The translations under genes were made by a program, and so were the position numbers. From Marsupella aquatica (lineage: Eukaryota; Plantae; Marchantiophyta), in assembly GCA_973895155.1 (NCBI GenBank), contig OZ316891.1, positions 4,435,708 to 4,499,707 on the forward strand: a stretch of DNA of 64,000 nucleotides. Direction: 5' to 3'. The first letter of the stretch is position 1, and each line of letters begins with the position of its first letter. Positions 13,087 through 25,798 of this stretch are shown one piece after another. The notes under the pieces are model-generated. The model did not search any database, was not told where the DNA came from, and saw only the letters and a list, made by a program, of their open reading frames with translations.

Positions 13087-16000
13087 TGTGGTGCGTCCCA
13101 TGGCTCCCTAAACCCAAGAAACCCCCCAGCTCAAGCCGATTCCCGCAGGTTTCGTGCTTGGCGAGGCCGTTTCCGCGGCTTAGCGGCATGGGACGCTGCT
13201 AACCTTCTACTACTACTATTAACATTTTACACACATATACTGGACAGATCCTTCATCGGGTCATGAGATACGTAGCCGGCCTAATATAGGCCTTCCCCTG
13301 TCTTCCCCTGTCTTCCCCTCCGTCTTGTTAGGTATGTTTGGATTCCGCCGCCGGAATGATCCCCAATAGGCTTGGTTAAGCCGCTAAGACCTCTCTCAGC
13401 TCGACACATCCAACTCTCACTCCCCTGCTTACTTTCCTTCCTTCTGTTGATGTGGGCACTCTTCACACAAGTTAATGCGACACACAAATAGCAAAATGAC
13501 TCATTCTGACTGAGTCATACCATGCACTTGCCATACAAACAGTACATCTCATACACAAGTTCTGCGAACTAAGCCGTGAGGCCAACTCTATTCAGCTCTT
13601 AGGCATGAGGAAACATGAATATACACAAGGGTCACTGTATGACTAACCGAGAGCTTCTCGTACTACTTGATCCCAGCCCGGCTGGTGCAAACTAAAAACT
13701 TGCTAAAGAAGAGGCCCTGAGCTCCCCGCTGCCCAGGTACTTATCCTGGTAGTGGATCCGCCATTCTTTGCATCGTAAGCCTAATCTACTTAACAGTAAT
13801 CTACTTGCCCGAATCTACCTATGTACAGCAAGGCAGGAGCATAAGTGTTGCTCCTACCAGTGGGACCGCAATCCCACTAAGCTAAGTGTCAGGGCCGCTC
13901 CTGGTTCTGATCCTAATCCTAAACGTGGAGATCCGTGCCCGCCCTGCCCACTCACGCCTCCTCCCTCCACGTCCGCCCTCCCTAAAAGGAACGGCGCCCT
14001 TGCACCGTCACGACACCGGTGGTGGATCCTCAATGGACGCCCCCAACACTTCCTCCTCAGCCACTGCCGTTGGCCCGCCTACTGACAGATTACCTGCCCT
14101 TGACCGAGTCAACTCTCCATCGGCCTGACTGGGTCCACCTTTGGCTTCAGCCTCGACAACTCCCACGGCTTCGGCTTCAGCCACCCCCACGGCTTCGGCT
14201 TTAGCCAACCCCACGGCTTCGGCCTCCCCTTCCCCTAGGGTAGTTGGATCCTTAGCCGTGACCCTGTCTGGGGTCGGTGCTGGGTCTACCTCCTTGATCA
14301 CCACGGCCTATGAAGTCGTATTACTCCTTGACCCTGAAGGTTTCCGCTTCTTCTTCGTTGGTGGCTCGGCAGCTGGTCCCTTCCCCTTCCCACTTACCTC
14401 CGGCACTGGTGCAGGTGGCGCGGCTTGTCCTTCGGCAATTACCACCCCTGGTAACTGGTTTGTCCCAACAGGAGATGGACCTGCTGCAGCTAAGCATTTA
14501 AATACTGCGGCTTGTTTCTTCAGCCGCTCTGTTTGGTTGTCGGCCCGCCGCTGTAGGTTCTCCATCTTCCTCGTGATTTCCTCCAACTCCTCTTGGGTTT
14601 CATCCAGGTCCTTACGTGCCCCCTCCAGCTCGTTTTTGGCCTCCTCCTGCTCCCTGTGGGCTTCCTCCAATTCCTTCTTCAAGGTAGCCTTCTCCTCCTG
14701 GGTTGCTCTTAGCTCCTTGTCGAGCTCTGCAATGATGACAGACTCCATCTGGTTCATCTTGGCGTAAGTCTGTTCGAGCATCTCGTCCTTCTCCCTTAGG
14801 TCGGCCTTGAAGCTGGCCGTCAGGGACGCAAGCTCCTGCTGCAGCGCCATAATCCCTTGATAGGATTTCCCTAACTCGACCTCCTTCTGCTCAAGGGCTC
14901 CGCGGATTTTCTCGAGCTCCCCTTTCAACGCCCATTCCTTTCTTTGGGTCTCCGCCATGGCCCGGCTGTTGGCTGTTATGTGGGCCTCCTCTGTATTCTT
15001 CAGCTCTTGCTTCCACTTTTCCCTTTCTTTGATCGTGTCGGCCAACTCTTCCTGCGTCTGAGTCAGTTTATCCTTGATATTCTGATTATCAGCCTGCGCG
15101 GCGTCCAACTGCCCCTGCATGATGTTCAGCTCATGTCGTTTAATCTGCAGTTCATCTTGGGCTTTCTTGGCCGCCCTTAGATCTTCAATCTCGGCTCCCA
15201 TCCTCCTAAGCCGCCGAATGACCTCGTCCTTCTTGCTTCTCTCTAAAGCCACCGCTTCTTCTAATTGGTGCTTCTCCAACTGCTCCCTATGGAAAAAGGG
15301 TCCTACCTCCAACTCCTCTCCAAAGATGCCGAGCGCAAGTTCCCCACACATCTCACCATACTCCATGGCTCTATTCTTAGCGTAGGTGGAGTAAGTAGAA
15401 GTGATCGGCATCGCCCATCGTGGCCTCTGCTCCCAAGCCGTCCTGCGGATCTCTTCAATCGTGGCTAGAGGTTTGCTTCCTTTTTTGGCTAGCCGCCTGA
15501 TGTCCTCCGGCCAATCTCCTCCTGGTAAATCCTTTTCCTTAGCCAGGGCGGCCTCTTCCTCCTGCTTGATTCGCTCCTGAAATTCCTGCACCGTCTGTTT
15601 TATGCCGTCGAAGCTCGGGGGAGCAACATCTGGTGGGGGAGACTCAGGGCTACTCTGCTTGTTGGGGTCCCCTCGCACTACCCTTGGAAGTGTGGGGACA
15701 AACCGGCCACAGGTCCTTACTCCTGGAACGTGATGGTCCGACCCATAGCCGGAATTATCATGGCTGCAGTCCTCCACTGCCTCCTCTACCTCTTGGATTT
15801 CTGGCTTCTCCCTCTCCTCTTCCTCGGTAGGAGCTTCAGGCAATTCTGCCTCAGATTCGGAGCTTGAGGTTCCCACGTACATTCGAACACCTGGCTTGGA
15901 TTCCGGCCTGATTCTCTCCTTGTCTCCAGCAAAGGGGTTTTCTCTTGTGAGCCGGTGTAGGCCTACCTCTGTAGTAGTGTCCTGCATTGTTGCCGTTGCC

Positions 16001-17734
16001 GTTGTTGTTGCCGATGCTGATTTCTTTTCTTTCTCCAGTAGTTTCAGCAGACTCTGCATGCCTGGTTGCTGCATCGGCAAGTCTTCCTTCCTGGGCCTAA
16101 ACACCTGCTCGATCGTAGGACTAACAGGTGGTTGAGGCTTCTCAGCCAACGGCCTCGGCGTTGGAGCTTCCTCAGGTGCCCTTACCTGCAGGGGAAGTAC
16201 CGGGGCAAAAGTCTGACCTCTGGCATACCGGCACAACAGCGGCATGTGATAGCCAAGCCGCGACACGCTCCCCATGCCGATTACCTGCTGCTCCTCCTTT
16301 AAGATCTTCTTCAATTGGTTGAGGAGGTACCCGTTGTAGTCCCGGCTTGGGTCTGGCCTTTCTGCCAGATAGACCTGTGCCTTGCCGATCTCTGCCCTCG
16401 GCAAGTTACAATGCATGGTCACCCGCAAGAAGTCGATCATCTCTCCTATGTGCGGGTTGGTGCAGGTGTTCCGGAAGAAGCCATTCTTCGTTGATGGCCC
16501 GGGGAACGACCGGAACTCCTTGTCAGGCAAGGTCTTCCTGGTATCAACTTTGGTCTTATTGCCCATCGGCAAGCCAAACACTTCGGCAATCACCTTGGGA
16601 GTAAGATAGAAATCCTTCCCATATATCCTCGTGCAATTGGTCTCGGGTTCCCATGACCCCACGAATTCTAATAGGTCTGACTCCGGTACCTCCGGCTTCA
16701 GCCATGGTAATCTTACAAAGGCCTCCAAGCCGGATCCGGCCATGAAGCCTTGGTACTTCTTGGTCTGCATGGCCGTAAAGCATGCATCCTCCTCCCGTGC
16801 AAAATGTAGTTGCACCTCCACCGGTAGGGTTGCCGCCCAGCCCTTCCAGGTGTCATCCCTGGTTGGAATGGCCTTGATGGGATCGACCTCCTCCTCTTCG
16901 GCTTCTCCCTGCCTCCTGCTCTGCTGCTCGGCTGGCTTCTTTGGTGCCGCCGACCTCGTTCTTTTTGCCGGGGTGGCTTCATCGTTGACGGCTCCCTTCC
17001 TCTTCATCTCTGCTGCCGTGGAGGTTTCTCCTAGCACCGTTGCCTGGGTCCACCTTTCCGTGCTACCCTTTAATTCCCAGTGTATGTCGTTGCAGTTCTT
17101 GATGGCCTCTCGGATGCCAACGACGCTGTCTTTGCAAAACAGAAGATCGTCGAGTTGATTGGAAGTAGGCGTCCACAGGAACTCGTCCTTGATGAGTTCG
17201 CCTCCTAAGAAAGCCGTCTTCTGCAGCTCCCACAATCGAGCGAGCTCCTGCCGTTCTCGAGCTGCCCTTTCTGACTCCTCGTCCTCGTAAGTCTTGATGT
17301 ACTCAGTTGCCCGTTCGAACAGGCATCCCCAGAAATGTGCCGCTTGATTGACGTTGCTCATACCCTCCTTAGGTTGATCGTCGGTATCTACTCTCTCCCC
17401 GAGTGCTTGCCTAAGCAGCTGACAGTAGTTGGCCTCCCGTAGTCGTCTGCCTAGTTCGTGCTCGCAAATGAGCCACCATCTCCTGCAAGCGCTCCTTACC
17501 CCTCTCCTCTGCCGGTCCTTCTTCCCGTTGATCCTTCCTAGCCGCCGACGCTTAACGCGCCCTAACCCTAATCGGGTTTTCACCCTCAACCTTACCTCTG
17601 GCCTCTGCCCGGGTTCCATGGTTGCCCCTAATTGTTTATATTTTCCTTGTTTTGTCACTATACTAAGGTGTTCCTAGGGTGCCTTCCTGCTTTACCCACT
17701 TAACCGGCCGAGTGATTCCTGTCTAGGCATCACA
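13087..17734 (-). mobile_element. Solo LTR, family B (4648 bp), carrying an internal ORF
   Basis: TG...CA termini; TSD CACTT at 13082-13086 and 17735-17739; reverse-complement match along nearly its whole length to the 5' LTR of the gypsy element at 46270-54961. Confidence 0.95.
14008..17658 (-). CDS. LTR-B-encoded protein (~1200 aa): N-terminal domain, PF20167/PMD-like domain, acidic linker, long coiled coil, basic NLS-like tail
   Basis: 1116-aa open frame 14308-17658 plus an in-frame 100-codon tail to 14008 after a single TAG (Gln in the second copy: TTS*AV vs LTPQAV). True start probably a downstream ATG. Confidence 0.85.
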
Positions 17735-17834
17735 CACTTATATCTCTTTATAGTTTGTAGACACATTTTTGCCTGTTATGTTTGCACCCGTATGATTTTG
17801 TCAACTACTGTAATTATTCGGTGATTGTATTTTC

Positions 17835-18208
17835 AGGGGGATTCTCACGGCCAAGCTCTCATGTATTTGAGCGCCATGGAGGCCACTTCCATCATTGATA
17901 TAGGCGATGATGAGCCTGAGGACAGATCGTCTAAGATACCTTTGGTGACACCAAAAGTAGAGGGTGGGGAGTCGGGGAAGAAACGAAAGGTTGAACAGGA
18001 ATCAGCTAGGAAGGTGAACTCTAGCCAAACGTTGTCAAGTCTAGATACAATGCCTTTTTCCCCTGAGTGTGGCGTTCATGTCAATTATAAGCGTTTGGTG
18101 TTGGTGAAGACACCTCTTGGATTCTTGAGTCAAGCACTTGGCGGAAACTCACCTACTGTGACTATTCCCGCTCATTCCTCCCTAAGGAAACTTCCTGTGG
18201 ATGATTGA
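17835..18208 (+). CDS. Probable further exon of the cargo gene starting at 10899
   Basis: Open frame after a tttcag acceptor just beyond the LTR-B insertion; contains basic KKRK; no recognisable domain. Confidence 0.35.
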
Positions 18209-18494
18209 CTTTCAAGTTATGATCCAGGAAAAATCATTGCCCTCTCCAATGTAAATTGTGCATCTGCAGTTTGTAGTGAGGAGAGCTATGGTGACAATTG
18301 TTAGAAGATGCATTCAAGAAAGGTTTGCTTTAACTCAGTTTTTGTTTTGTGCAGCAAACTCGTGCACAGCGGGGCCGAAAGTCCCAGTATTGAGCTCTAT
18401 GTAAGTTCCTTTTTGGATTCTCTCCATACCTTATGTTCATTGCTCTGTATGATTTGCACTACTTGTAGGTCGTGGAGTCAGTAACTCCAAGTCC

Positions 18495-18593
18495 TTGTGT
18501 CAAGACTCTGACTCTTTGAGTTGGGGGTCACGGTCCTCATGTCAGGAATTGTGGTCCTTGTGTGAGGACTCCGGGTCCTTGAGTCAGGACTCG
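18495..18593. repeat. Left part of a ~21-bp GAGTCAGGACTCCGGGTCCTT minisatellite split by the CACTA insertion
   Basis: The same unit resumes at 35649-35925. Confidence 0.85.
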
Positions 18594-19859
18594 CACTAGT
18601 AGAATCCGGGGCAATTTAGACCATACCTTATAGGACTAAGCCCACTAAGTCCTTTTTCCATACTTGAAACGACTCGCACCCATTGCACCAGTTTTGTTGA
18701 AGACTACAAAAGACTATTAGTGTTTTATGGTTCACTAAAAGACTATGAGAAGTAACCTTGCTACTTTGTGAACGGTGAATAGTCTAGCACATCATGGGTA
18801 ATGTTCACTTATGTTGAGGAGGGGTAATTCTGTAAAGAGGGAGATAGCAAGGGGCATAACTCAATAAATGGCCTTATTTGTGACAAAAAAGGTTTTGGAG
18901 TGAGGTTCATGGAGGGTGGACTACGGAGGGATCGATTACTAACTCCATCAATAAAAGGCCAAGATGCACAAAGGTAGATTTGTACCGGTCTCAAGGGGGT
19001 GTGGGTTTAGGGTTAGGGGGTTGTCCAGGCAAAGAACACTCGATTGAAATAGTGACGCAATGGTTTAGGGTAAAGGAACATGTTTAGGGACCCTAACTTG
19101 TTTGCTGCCTTGGGAGGATCTTGAGAGCCTGAGCTTGCAAGCGGCATGCACTCTAAAAATGGCCCTTGGCATTGCAAAGATAGTCTGGCCACAGTCGAGT
19201 TGTGAAGACGTTTAGGGGGTTTATATGTCAAGGCTAGGGGGTGGCTGGGTTTCCACTAAAGGGGGTTTAGGGGGGTTTGATGTCAAGGGTCGGGGGTTGC
19301 ATGTTAAGGGGATGGGGGTTTAGGAACCATTGGATCGTTGGCATCATGTCCATTGACATCATGTTCCCCATCATGTCCATTGACATCATATATGTCGGGA
19401 AAGATAATTGACAAATTATTCATGAGGGTAGGCAATTTGGACAATGTTCAATTGTGTTCAGGAGGGGTAATTGCATAAATTAAGAGGGTGATGACAAGGG
19501 GCATCACTCATTAAATGGCCTTATTTGTGACCAAAAGAGGTTTGGTTTAATGAAGTTCGATCACCACAGATATTTGCTAAGGCCAAAGTATTTGTTTAGC
19601 GACACTACACTAAGTTGTCACTCACAACACTTGAGTGAATGGAGGGGGTTTATGGAGGGTCAGGATAATCTTGCCGTTACCATGTCGGCAACACCAGTGA
19701 CTTTGGTAAGGGTATCCCAAGCTAGGGGCCTGTACCGCTTGCAGTACCGTTTGGACACCCGAGTCGCGCGACCATTGGAAGGGAACAAGCCGGTTATGCA
19801 ACTTTGCTTACACTTAGCAGGTTGTTGATGTGTTTAGGGATCCCGCCACATTCCCAACT

Positions 19860-20080
19860 TGCGGAGCAAGGTTTATTGTGTTCTCTTGGTGGGATCGGGA
19901 GTTTAGGGATTGGAGCAAGGTTTTATCGTGTTCTCTCGATGGGATTGGGAGCTTAGGGATCGGAGCAAGGTTTTCCGTGTAATCTTGGTGGGAACGTCTC
20001 TACAGTGAGGTTTAGTGTTCCCATTTTCTTGTGGTCGGCTCTGTGGAATCCGAGAAGAGGGATCGGGAGTTTAGGGATGC
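19860..20080. repeat. ~50-bp tandem repeat (ggagcaaggttt..gtgttctc..tgggat.gggag.ttagggat), three copies plus a partial
   Basis: Direct inspection; contains TTTAGGG-like cores. Confidence 0.75.
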
Positions 20081-23000
20081 TGCAATGACCGGCTCTCGAA
20101 GGGTGAGGTGAGACAACCTATTCAACGCCCTTTTGCTGCACCCTTAAGCTGTTGAGCTGCCATTGAGCTGGTGAAGCTGCATGCGGGTTGCATCTGTTCT
20201 ACGGGCGCACTATCTGCCTGGTTTATGGATTGTGGACTTTGTGGGGAGCGACAATCGGTAACAACGTGAAGGCCATCAGAGGCTGGGCAAAGCAGTTTAG
20301 GGTGCTGTGGTCGAGGAGGAGCTCACCACAAATTGGGGAGAAGACGCGGGTGACGAGCTGGGGGCGGGGAGGAGCTGCAGTCAGGGAGGATACAGACCGT
20401 CTACAGAACGACTGGCAGTCGGAGCGGCGCAGGAGCTTAGAGTGGGCCAACGCCAGCTGAATACAAGCCAGGAGTTGCATAAGGTGAGAGTCCAAGTTTT
20501 GTGTTGCTTTAGTGTTCGAGCAGCGTGCTGCCATTTCAGCCATAGTGCACCGCCTTTGAAGCTCCCATTGTCAGGGCTGGTAAGACATCACGGCTACATT
20601 GCTTTTCTTTGTTGTCCTCTGTCTTTTTGTGGGGACAACCTACTTGATTTGAGCTGCGCAAATCGTCATAAGTTAAGGCATGCGTCATGCCATCTGGATA
20701 GTGTGCCACCGAACTGTGGGAGGATGAGCAACGCGTGGCTGTAAGCAGGTATTCTGTCAGCACAGGCGAGACTTCATTGTTAAAATCCTATTGCCTGCAA
20801 TGTGTCTTGTAATGTGTTTTTCCTCATTCAATCAGGAGCTGAGAAGGGTATTGTTAGGCTTCAATTACTCTGTGTTTTTCTCCAGCTCCATGGTACAGTT
20901 TGTGCTTTGTCTGGCGCCCATGCTCCGTCGATCGTAGAGCTAGGTCAACCGAGCTTTGAAGAGGGAGGCTGTGGGAGCTCCTTACTGTGCTGCAGCTGCT
21001 CTTCAATCAACGGTGTAGAGATTGTAGCTACGATCAGTGTTTGCGGAGCTGCCAGCCGGGTGCTTCGATAGTAGAGAAGAGCAGCCACAGTGATTCAGTC
21101 CTTCTCCTACGTGCAACCAAGGACCCCCTGTGCATCGTAAAGTGTGACCTCGGAGCTGAGCTGCGCACTGTCTCTATTACATGCCTTGTTGTTCTCTATT
21201 ACATGCCTTGTTCTCCCGTCCACTATTTCCTGTGATTTTCTTTCTTCTAGAAGAGAATGGTGATTTCTTCTTCAATCAAACAAAACCCCACCCAACCACC
21301 ACCCAAGAACGTGGGGTGCGCGCTTCTCAATCCTCCTCAAACTGGCCCCAAGTCTGCTGAAACCCCATATATTACCCACCGGCACCAAGGGTCCAGTCCC
21401 AACCCGTCTTCCGCTTGCCACCCTCCTCACTCTCTCGCGCATCTATCTCCCGATATTTCACGCACAGCCGAGCCCACCAAAAGCTCTCTCCCTACAATCC
21501 CTCCTAAATCAACTTTCTCGTTTCCTGTTGCTGCTGATGTATGTTTGTTCTCCCCTATTTTTGTTTACTGATTGGTCTCTCCACACTTCCTGCTTGACAT
21601 TACTGTTTTGCTCCTCCTGGATCCAAACATGCCTTGTGCCCCGTGCTCCAACCTGCATCCTTTTCTTTACTGAGGGGGGGACCACAGCCTCCAGCCATAC
21701 CTTGTGGCAGGCCTGGTCAAGACGGTGGTCGGTAGCTCGTTTTTGCTTTTTTCTCTTTTGTTTCCCAAGCTTCTGGGCGAGGGCATTACCATTCTGGATT
21801 CTCCGCGAGGCGCCACTAGCTTTTTTTCTCGGTTGCCCGTGTGCCTGCCTTCTTAGTTTTGTTTTTTCCTCAAGTGACCGGGCCATCGCTGTATGCAGAT
21901 TTTTCTTGTTGTATTCATGTACAATATTTTATTGTTCTATCTAGGTTGTGGCAAGCCAACAAACTGTTGACAACCAACATGGAATAACAACTATGCAGTG
22001 CAATGGCAGAGGACACTGTCCAATATAGGAATGACATGGTTATGTTTTCAATTCCCTGCTTGGATGAGGCGTGGTGTTGCTTGTAATCATGTATTTCTTC
22101 ACACTAGAAAAGCAGTCTGTCGGATGAGGTTGTCGGGATTGTTTGTGGGTCAGTCATCTTACGGACACCTAGCAACGTCAAATGAATGGTGGAAACGGCC
22201 ATGTTGTCATTTTGAAATTTGTCTTTCCTTTTGCCATGCTACCCAATCATTTTGTTAGTCCATGAGTCATAGATTCATAGATTCTATGTTTTGTGCTTTG
22301 TCTAGAATGCTATGGCGCCCATGCTACAATTTGTGGTTTTTGTCTAAGCACAAATCCTCTCTGTGCCTGGTCTCTGTGTACCGTCATTTGGATTGATTGT
22401 GCAGACGTTTCCTCTTCTCCCAGTCCTTGTCATCCACCAGCCAAAGCACATTGGATTGTTTTCAAAGGAGGGCTGTGTAGTTCGGAGGGTTTGATCTATG
22501 CAGCGGATTTGAGCAGATTGGCGGTTGTTAGTTTCTTCTTGTAAAACCTGTCTGTCTTTTCTGCTTTTGGCCATGCTCCTTCACTTGTTGCTGCAAGCTC
22601 AATGTGCTTCAGCTATGGCAATATTCACTTACCCTGTCCCAACGGCACTGCCATGAGCTGTAGGACAGCCAACAGAAGCAGATTGTATCAATTGCATGTA
22701 AGTCAGGGTATTTTATGTATTGCGGAACAACTGTCCAAGTATGCTGCAATGGTCCATCTTGCAGAGCTGAATGAGCCAATTTCATTTTCCCTGTGCACTT
22801 CTATTTCTCAGAGAATTCCCTGGTCATGCTCATTTCCCCCAGAGTTAGAAAACAAAGAAGAAGAGCTGACTAATTGTAATTCCAATCCATATCCTGATCG
22901 GTCAAGGATTGTTCACTACATTGGCCTTGTCATTGGCCGAGGTCACCAAATTTTGCTTGGTTTCATTCCTGTGGAGCACTGCTGTGATGGATTTGTCGTA

Positions 23001-23398
23001 GCATTCTGCAAACTCTCACGGTTTGCTTATGGCCATTATTTGCAATTTGCTGCTACTAATATGTCTTCTTCTGAGCAGCATACACCAGAAGTAAGCAATA
23101 GTGGAGGTTTAACTGCACATCAACACATCTAGTGAACTACCTCTCTGCTGCTCACTGGAGGGTGAGACTTTCACTCTTTCTGGATATTGTAGTTTGTAAG
23201 CAAGTTGATTAGGAGTGTTTCATGCTATGTTTAGACTGTGACCCCTAGCTGGAACCAATGGAATGACACAGTGAGTGGGAACTGATAATTTAAGGTTGGT
23301 TGCTGTTGGTGAGGCAAGTACAGCTCCTGCTCACCTTGCTGATCGAAGGTGCTTATCAGAGGACGTGAACACACGACATCTCCACAAAAGCAACACTT

Positions 23399-23848
23399 AT
23401 GGTGAGGACCCGCAACGCTGAACATGTGCGGCTTGCACGCAAGGCAGAGATGTTGCGCCTTGAGTATGTCAGACTTGGGATCCTTCCAGCCCAGTCTGCA
23501 TGGTACTTTGAGTACCCAGTTGTTGCCAGGAACAACTACAGTCGGCCTGTACCTGCTTCTCCACCCTTCCCAACATCCTTGGTATTTCTGTCTCTTGTAC
23601 ATGACCCGCCACAAATTAGGGCCCAAGGGTGTGTGCACAGTTGCCAATATGACTGTCCTGCCTGTAGGGCTTCTGGCCTAGAGTTGGATGACCGTTCTCT
23701 TGGATGTCGGTTTTTTCACAGAGCACAATGTATCATCTGGAACCACTCGCCATCCTGCAGTGTGCCTGGCAATGTCACTTGTCCTGCCCTCCCAGACCCC
23801 ACCACCGGTCACTTTGGTGTCTACACATGTTTGGATCACACGCTCTAG
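23399..23848 (+). CDS. Small Cys/His-rich protein of unknown function (CACTA cargo)
   Basis: ATG-initiated 149-aa ORF on the same strand as the other cargo ORFs; CVHSCQYDCPAC and further C/H clusters; no family recognised. Confidence 0.4.
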   Translation: MVRTRNAEHVRLARKAEMLRLEYVRLGILPAQSAWYFEYPVVARNNYSRPVPASPPFPTSLVFLSLVHDPPQIRAQGCVHSCQYDCPACRASGLELDDRSLGCRFFHRAQCIIWNHSPSCSVPGNVTCPALPDPTTGHFGVYTCLDHTL

Positions 23849-24517
23849 AGGACCACTTGTCACACCGCATGCACAAACCAGAGACCATTGACCTATAACT
23901 TAACACTTTGACTTGAACAGAGAGGATATTTACTTAAGATTTTGAATTATGACCAATTTTGGGTCCAGGGTTTAGGGTCAACAGTACATAACTTATCCTA
24001 TTATGGCTGCACTAAGTACAATATCCTAATTTAAGAGGCTAGCAAGCTCACTTAAAAGTCTCCTTTCAAAGACTGGAATTAATGGGCCATGTGATAACCT
24101 GGAAAAAGTGATTTATGCCTAACTTATTTGTCTCATTCACTATCATAGCCTATTTAGGATGTATAAATTACAACCCTGATCACACTGCTTGATACCAATC
24201 CTGTTCAAAAAATGCCTGTTTTACATGTCACGACTGTTATATGTGATTCAAATGCATTAAATCTTGTTGCAGATCTCCTTTGGTGAATCATAGCCACAAA
24301 ATTGAGGTGTAGGTGGAGCTATTGTACGAGGGGATCAGTTTTTAGTGTGGGCTCAACAAACCAAAAAGTATGTCTACTCTGCACATGTGTGTGAACATTT
24401 CATTGCAGTAGCAATTGCCACTCTAGTCTATATGCTACACTGTACTTTTTGTACACTGCACTAAATTGTATTGTCTGTGCACTCTGCTAAATTGTACTAT
24501 CTGTCTCATGCGTAGGC

Positions 24518-25198
24518 ATGGCACGCCCTAAAATCCGAGCCAAGAAGCGGGGGACAGAGGTGAGCAACACAGGTGTAGTTGGGCCAGATGGTAGTAACTT
24601 CTCCGCAAGTCAGATTTTCCAGAAGGCAGCTCATTGTTGTGCCATTTGTGACGATGGTGGTGACTTAGCCATATGTGAGGGCCCTTGCATGAGGCATTTC
24701 CACCTCAACCCGGAGTCTGACCTTGCTGCAGAAAACAACTGTCCAGGGGTGGGCCTCCCGTCAGCACACCAAGGAGGCTGGATGTGCACTGATTGTTTGG
24801 AGAAGCAGGCTAAGTGTGCACAGTGTGGGAAGTTGGGGTCTTATGAGGGCTCTGTTGATGCTCCACCACTTGTTAGGAAATGCCCTGACAGATATTGTGT
24901 GAGGTTCTTTTGTTTTTCATGTTTGCCCGATCTTGCCACAGCTTGCCCACTTCATAAGTGCAAGGCATGTGGTCAGCACGATGAAGATTTCTGGGTGGAC
25001 ATAGTCCACTGTGTTAGGTGTCCCACCATGTGGCACTTTCATTGTTTGAAGGAACGTCAAGCAGAAGGCTATGCTTGTGACAGACACATCTATGATCACT
25101 CTGCACATGGTGTTGATCGATGGATCTTCTATTGTCATCGCCATGCCATAGATCCTACTTTGCACACTCCCATGAGAGATCACATTTCTTGGCTTTGA
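24518..25198 (+). CDS. Stand-alone EDM2-type composite PHD-finger protein (CACTA cargo)
   Basis: CAICDDGGDLAICEGPCMRHFH, CAQCGKLGS, CPLHKCKAC, CVRCPTMWHFHCL and YCHRHAIDPTLHTPMRDHI run colinear with the PHD region of plant EDM2 as recalled; N-terminal KKR; intact, intronless. Confidence 0.88.
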   Translation: MARPKIRAKKRGTEVSNTGVVGPDGSNFSASQIFQKAAHCCAICDDGGDLAICEGPCMRHFHLNPESDLAAENNCPGVGLPSAHQGGWMCTDCLEKQAKCAQCGKLGSYEGSVDAPPLVRKCPDRYCVRFFCFSCLPDLATACPLHKCKACGQHDEDFWVDIVHCVRCPTMWHFHCLKERQAEGYACDRHIYDHSAHGVDRWIFYCHRHAIDPTLHTPMRDHISWL

Positions 25199-25798
25199 AC
25201 CTGAATAATGTACATGCATAGTGCACCTGATGTGGATACCTTGGAGATTGCAGACATTCCAATTTTGAGAAGAAGGACCTCTGTAGGAGAGGATGCTTAG
25301 GCAACAAGTACCCTAAGTTCATTACTTGTTCCTGGGTACATGCCTTCAAAATCTCCCCTTAAGCCTTCTAGGAACTTTTTTAACTCTGCAATCATTTTGA
25401 TCACGACTTACATGACACTGCTTAAATTAAATCAGGACTTCTCATTATGAGCATATAAGTTACAAGGCTATTTAATTTGCGAGAATTCCCTTAAAGTGTA
25501 CCAACATTTTGTATTCTCATTGAATGTCTGCCCCCATACGAAACATCTGTATGTGGCATCACAAAACAATTGCACTTGTCACCTTCAATATTGTGAAGGC
25601 ACATATTCAAACTATGAAGTGCATGCTTGCAGGTGTCTAGTACGTTTGTCCCAATATTTCTCCCGTTTGGAATCGGAGCAGAGACTCACCAGACGACTGG
25701 ACTGGACCAAGTTATAAACGCAGCATTTTAAGGGCCCTCCGATTATCAGGTGAACGCATTATCTTCCGGTCTGCAGTGATTAGGTGGCCCGTGTGTAC

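Noticed and set aside
14141-17158. Antisense ORFs opposite the LTR proteins (also at 1563-3166, 48778-49335 and 50935-53909)
   Set aside because: Shadow frames of GC-rich, coiled-coil coding sequence.
14008-17658. Host SMC/myosin-like gene or retroviral env
   Set aside because: It lies wholly within a TSD-flanked LTR and has a second copy in another LTR; no ATPase motifs, signal peptide or transmembrane helix seen.
20040-23230. Additional cargo genes in the CACTA left arm
   Set aside because: Only short overlapping ORFs on both strands with no recognisable domain; spliced genes are possible but unsupported.
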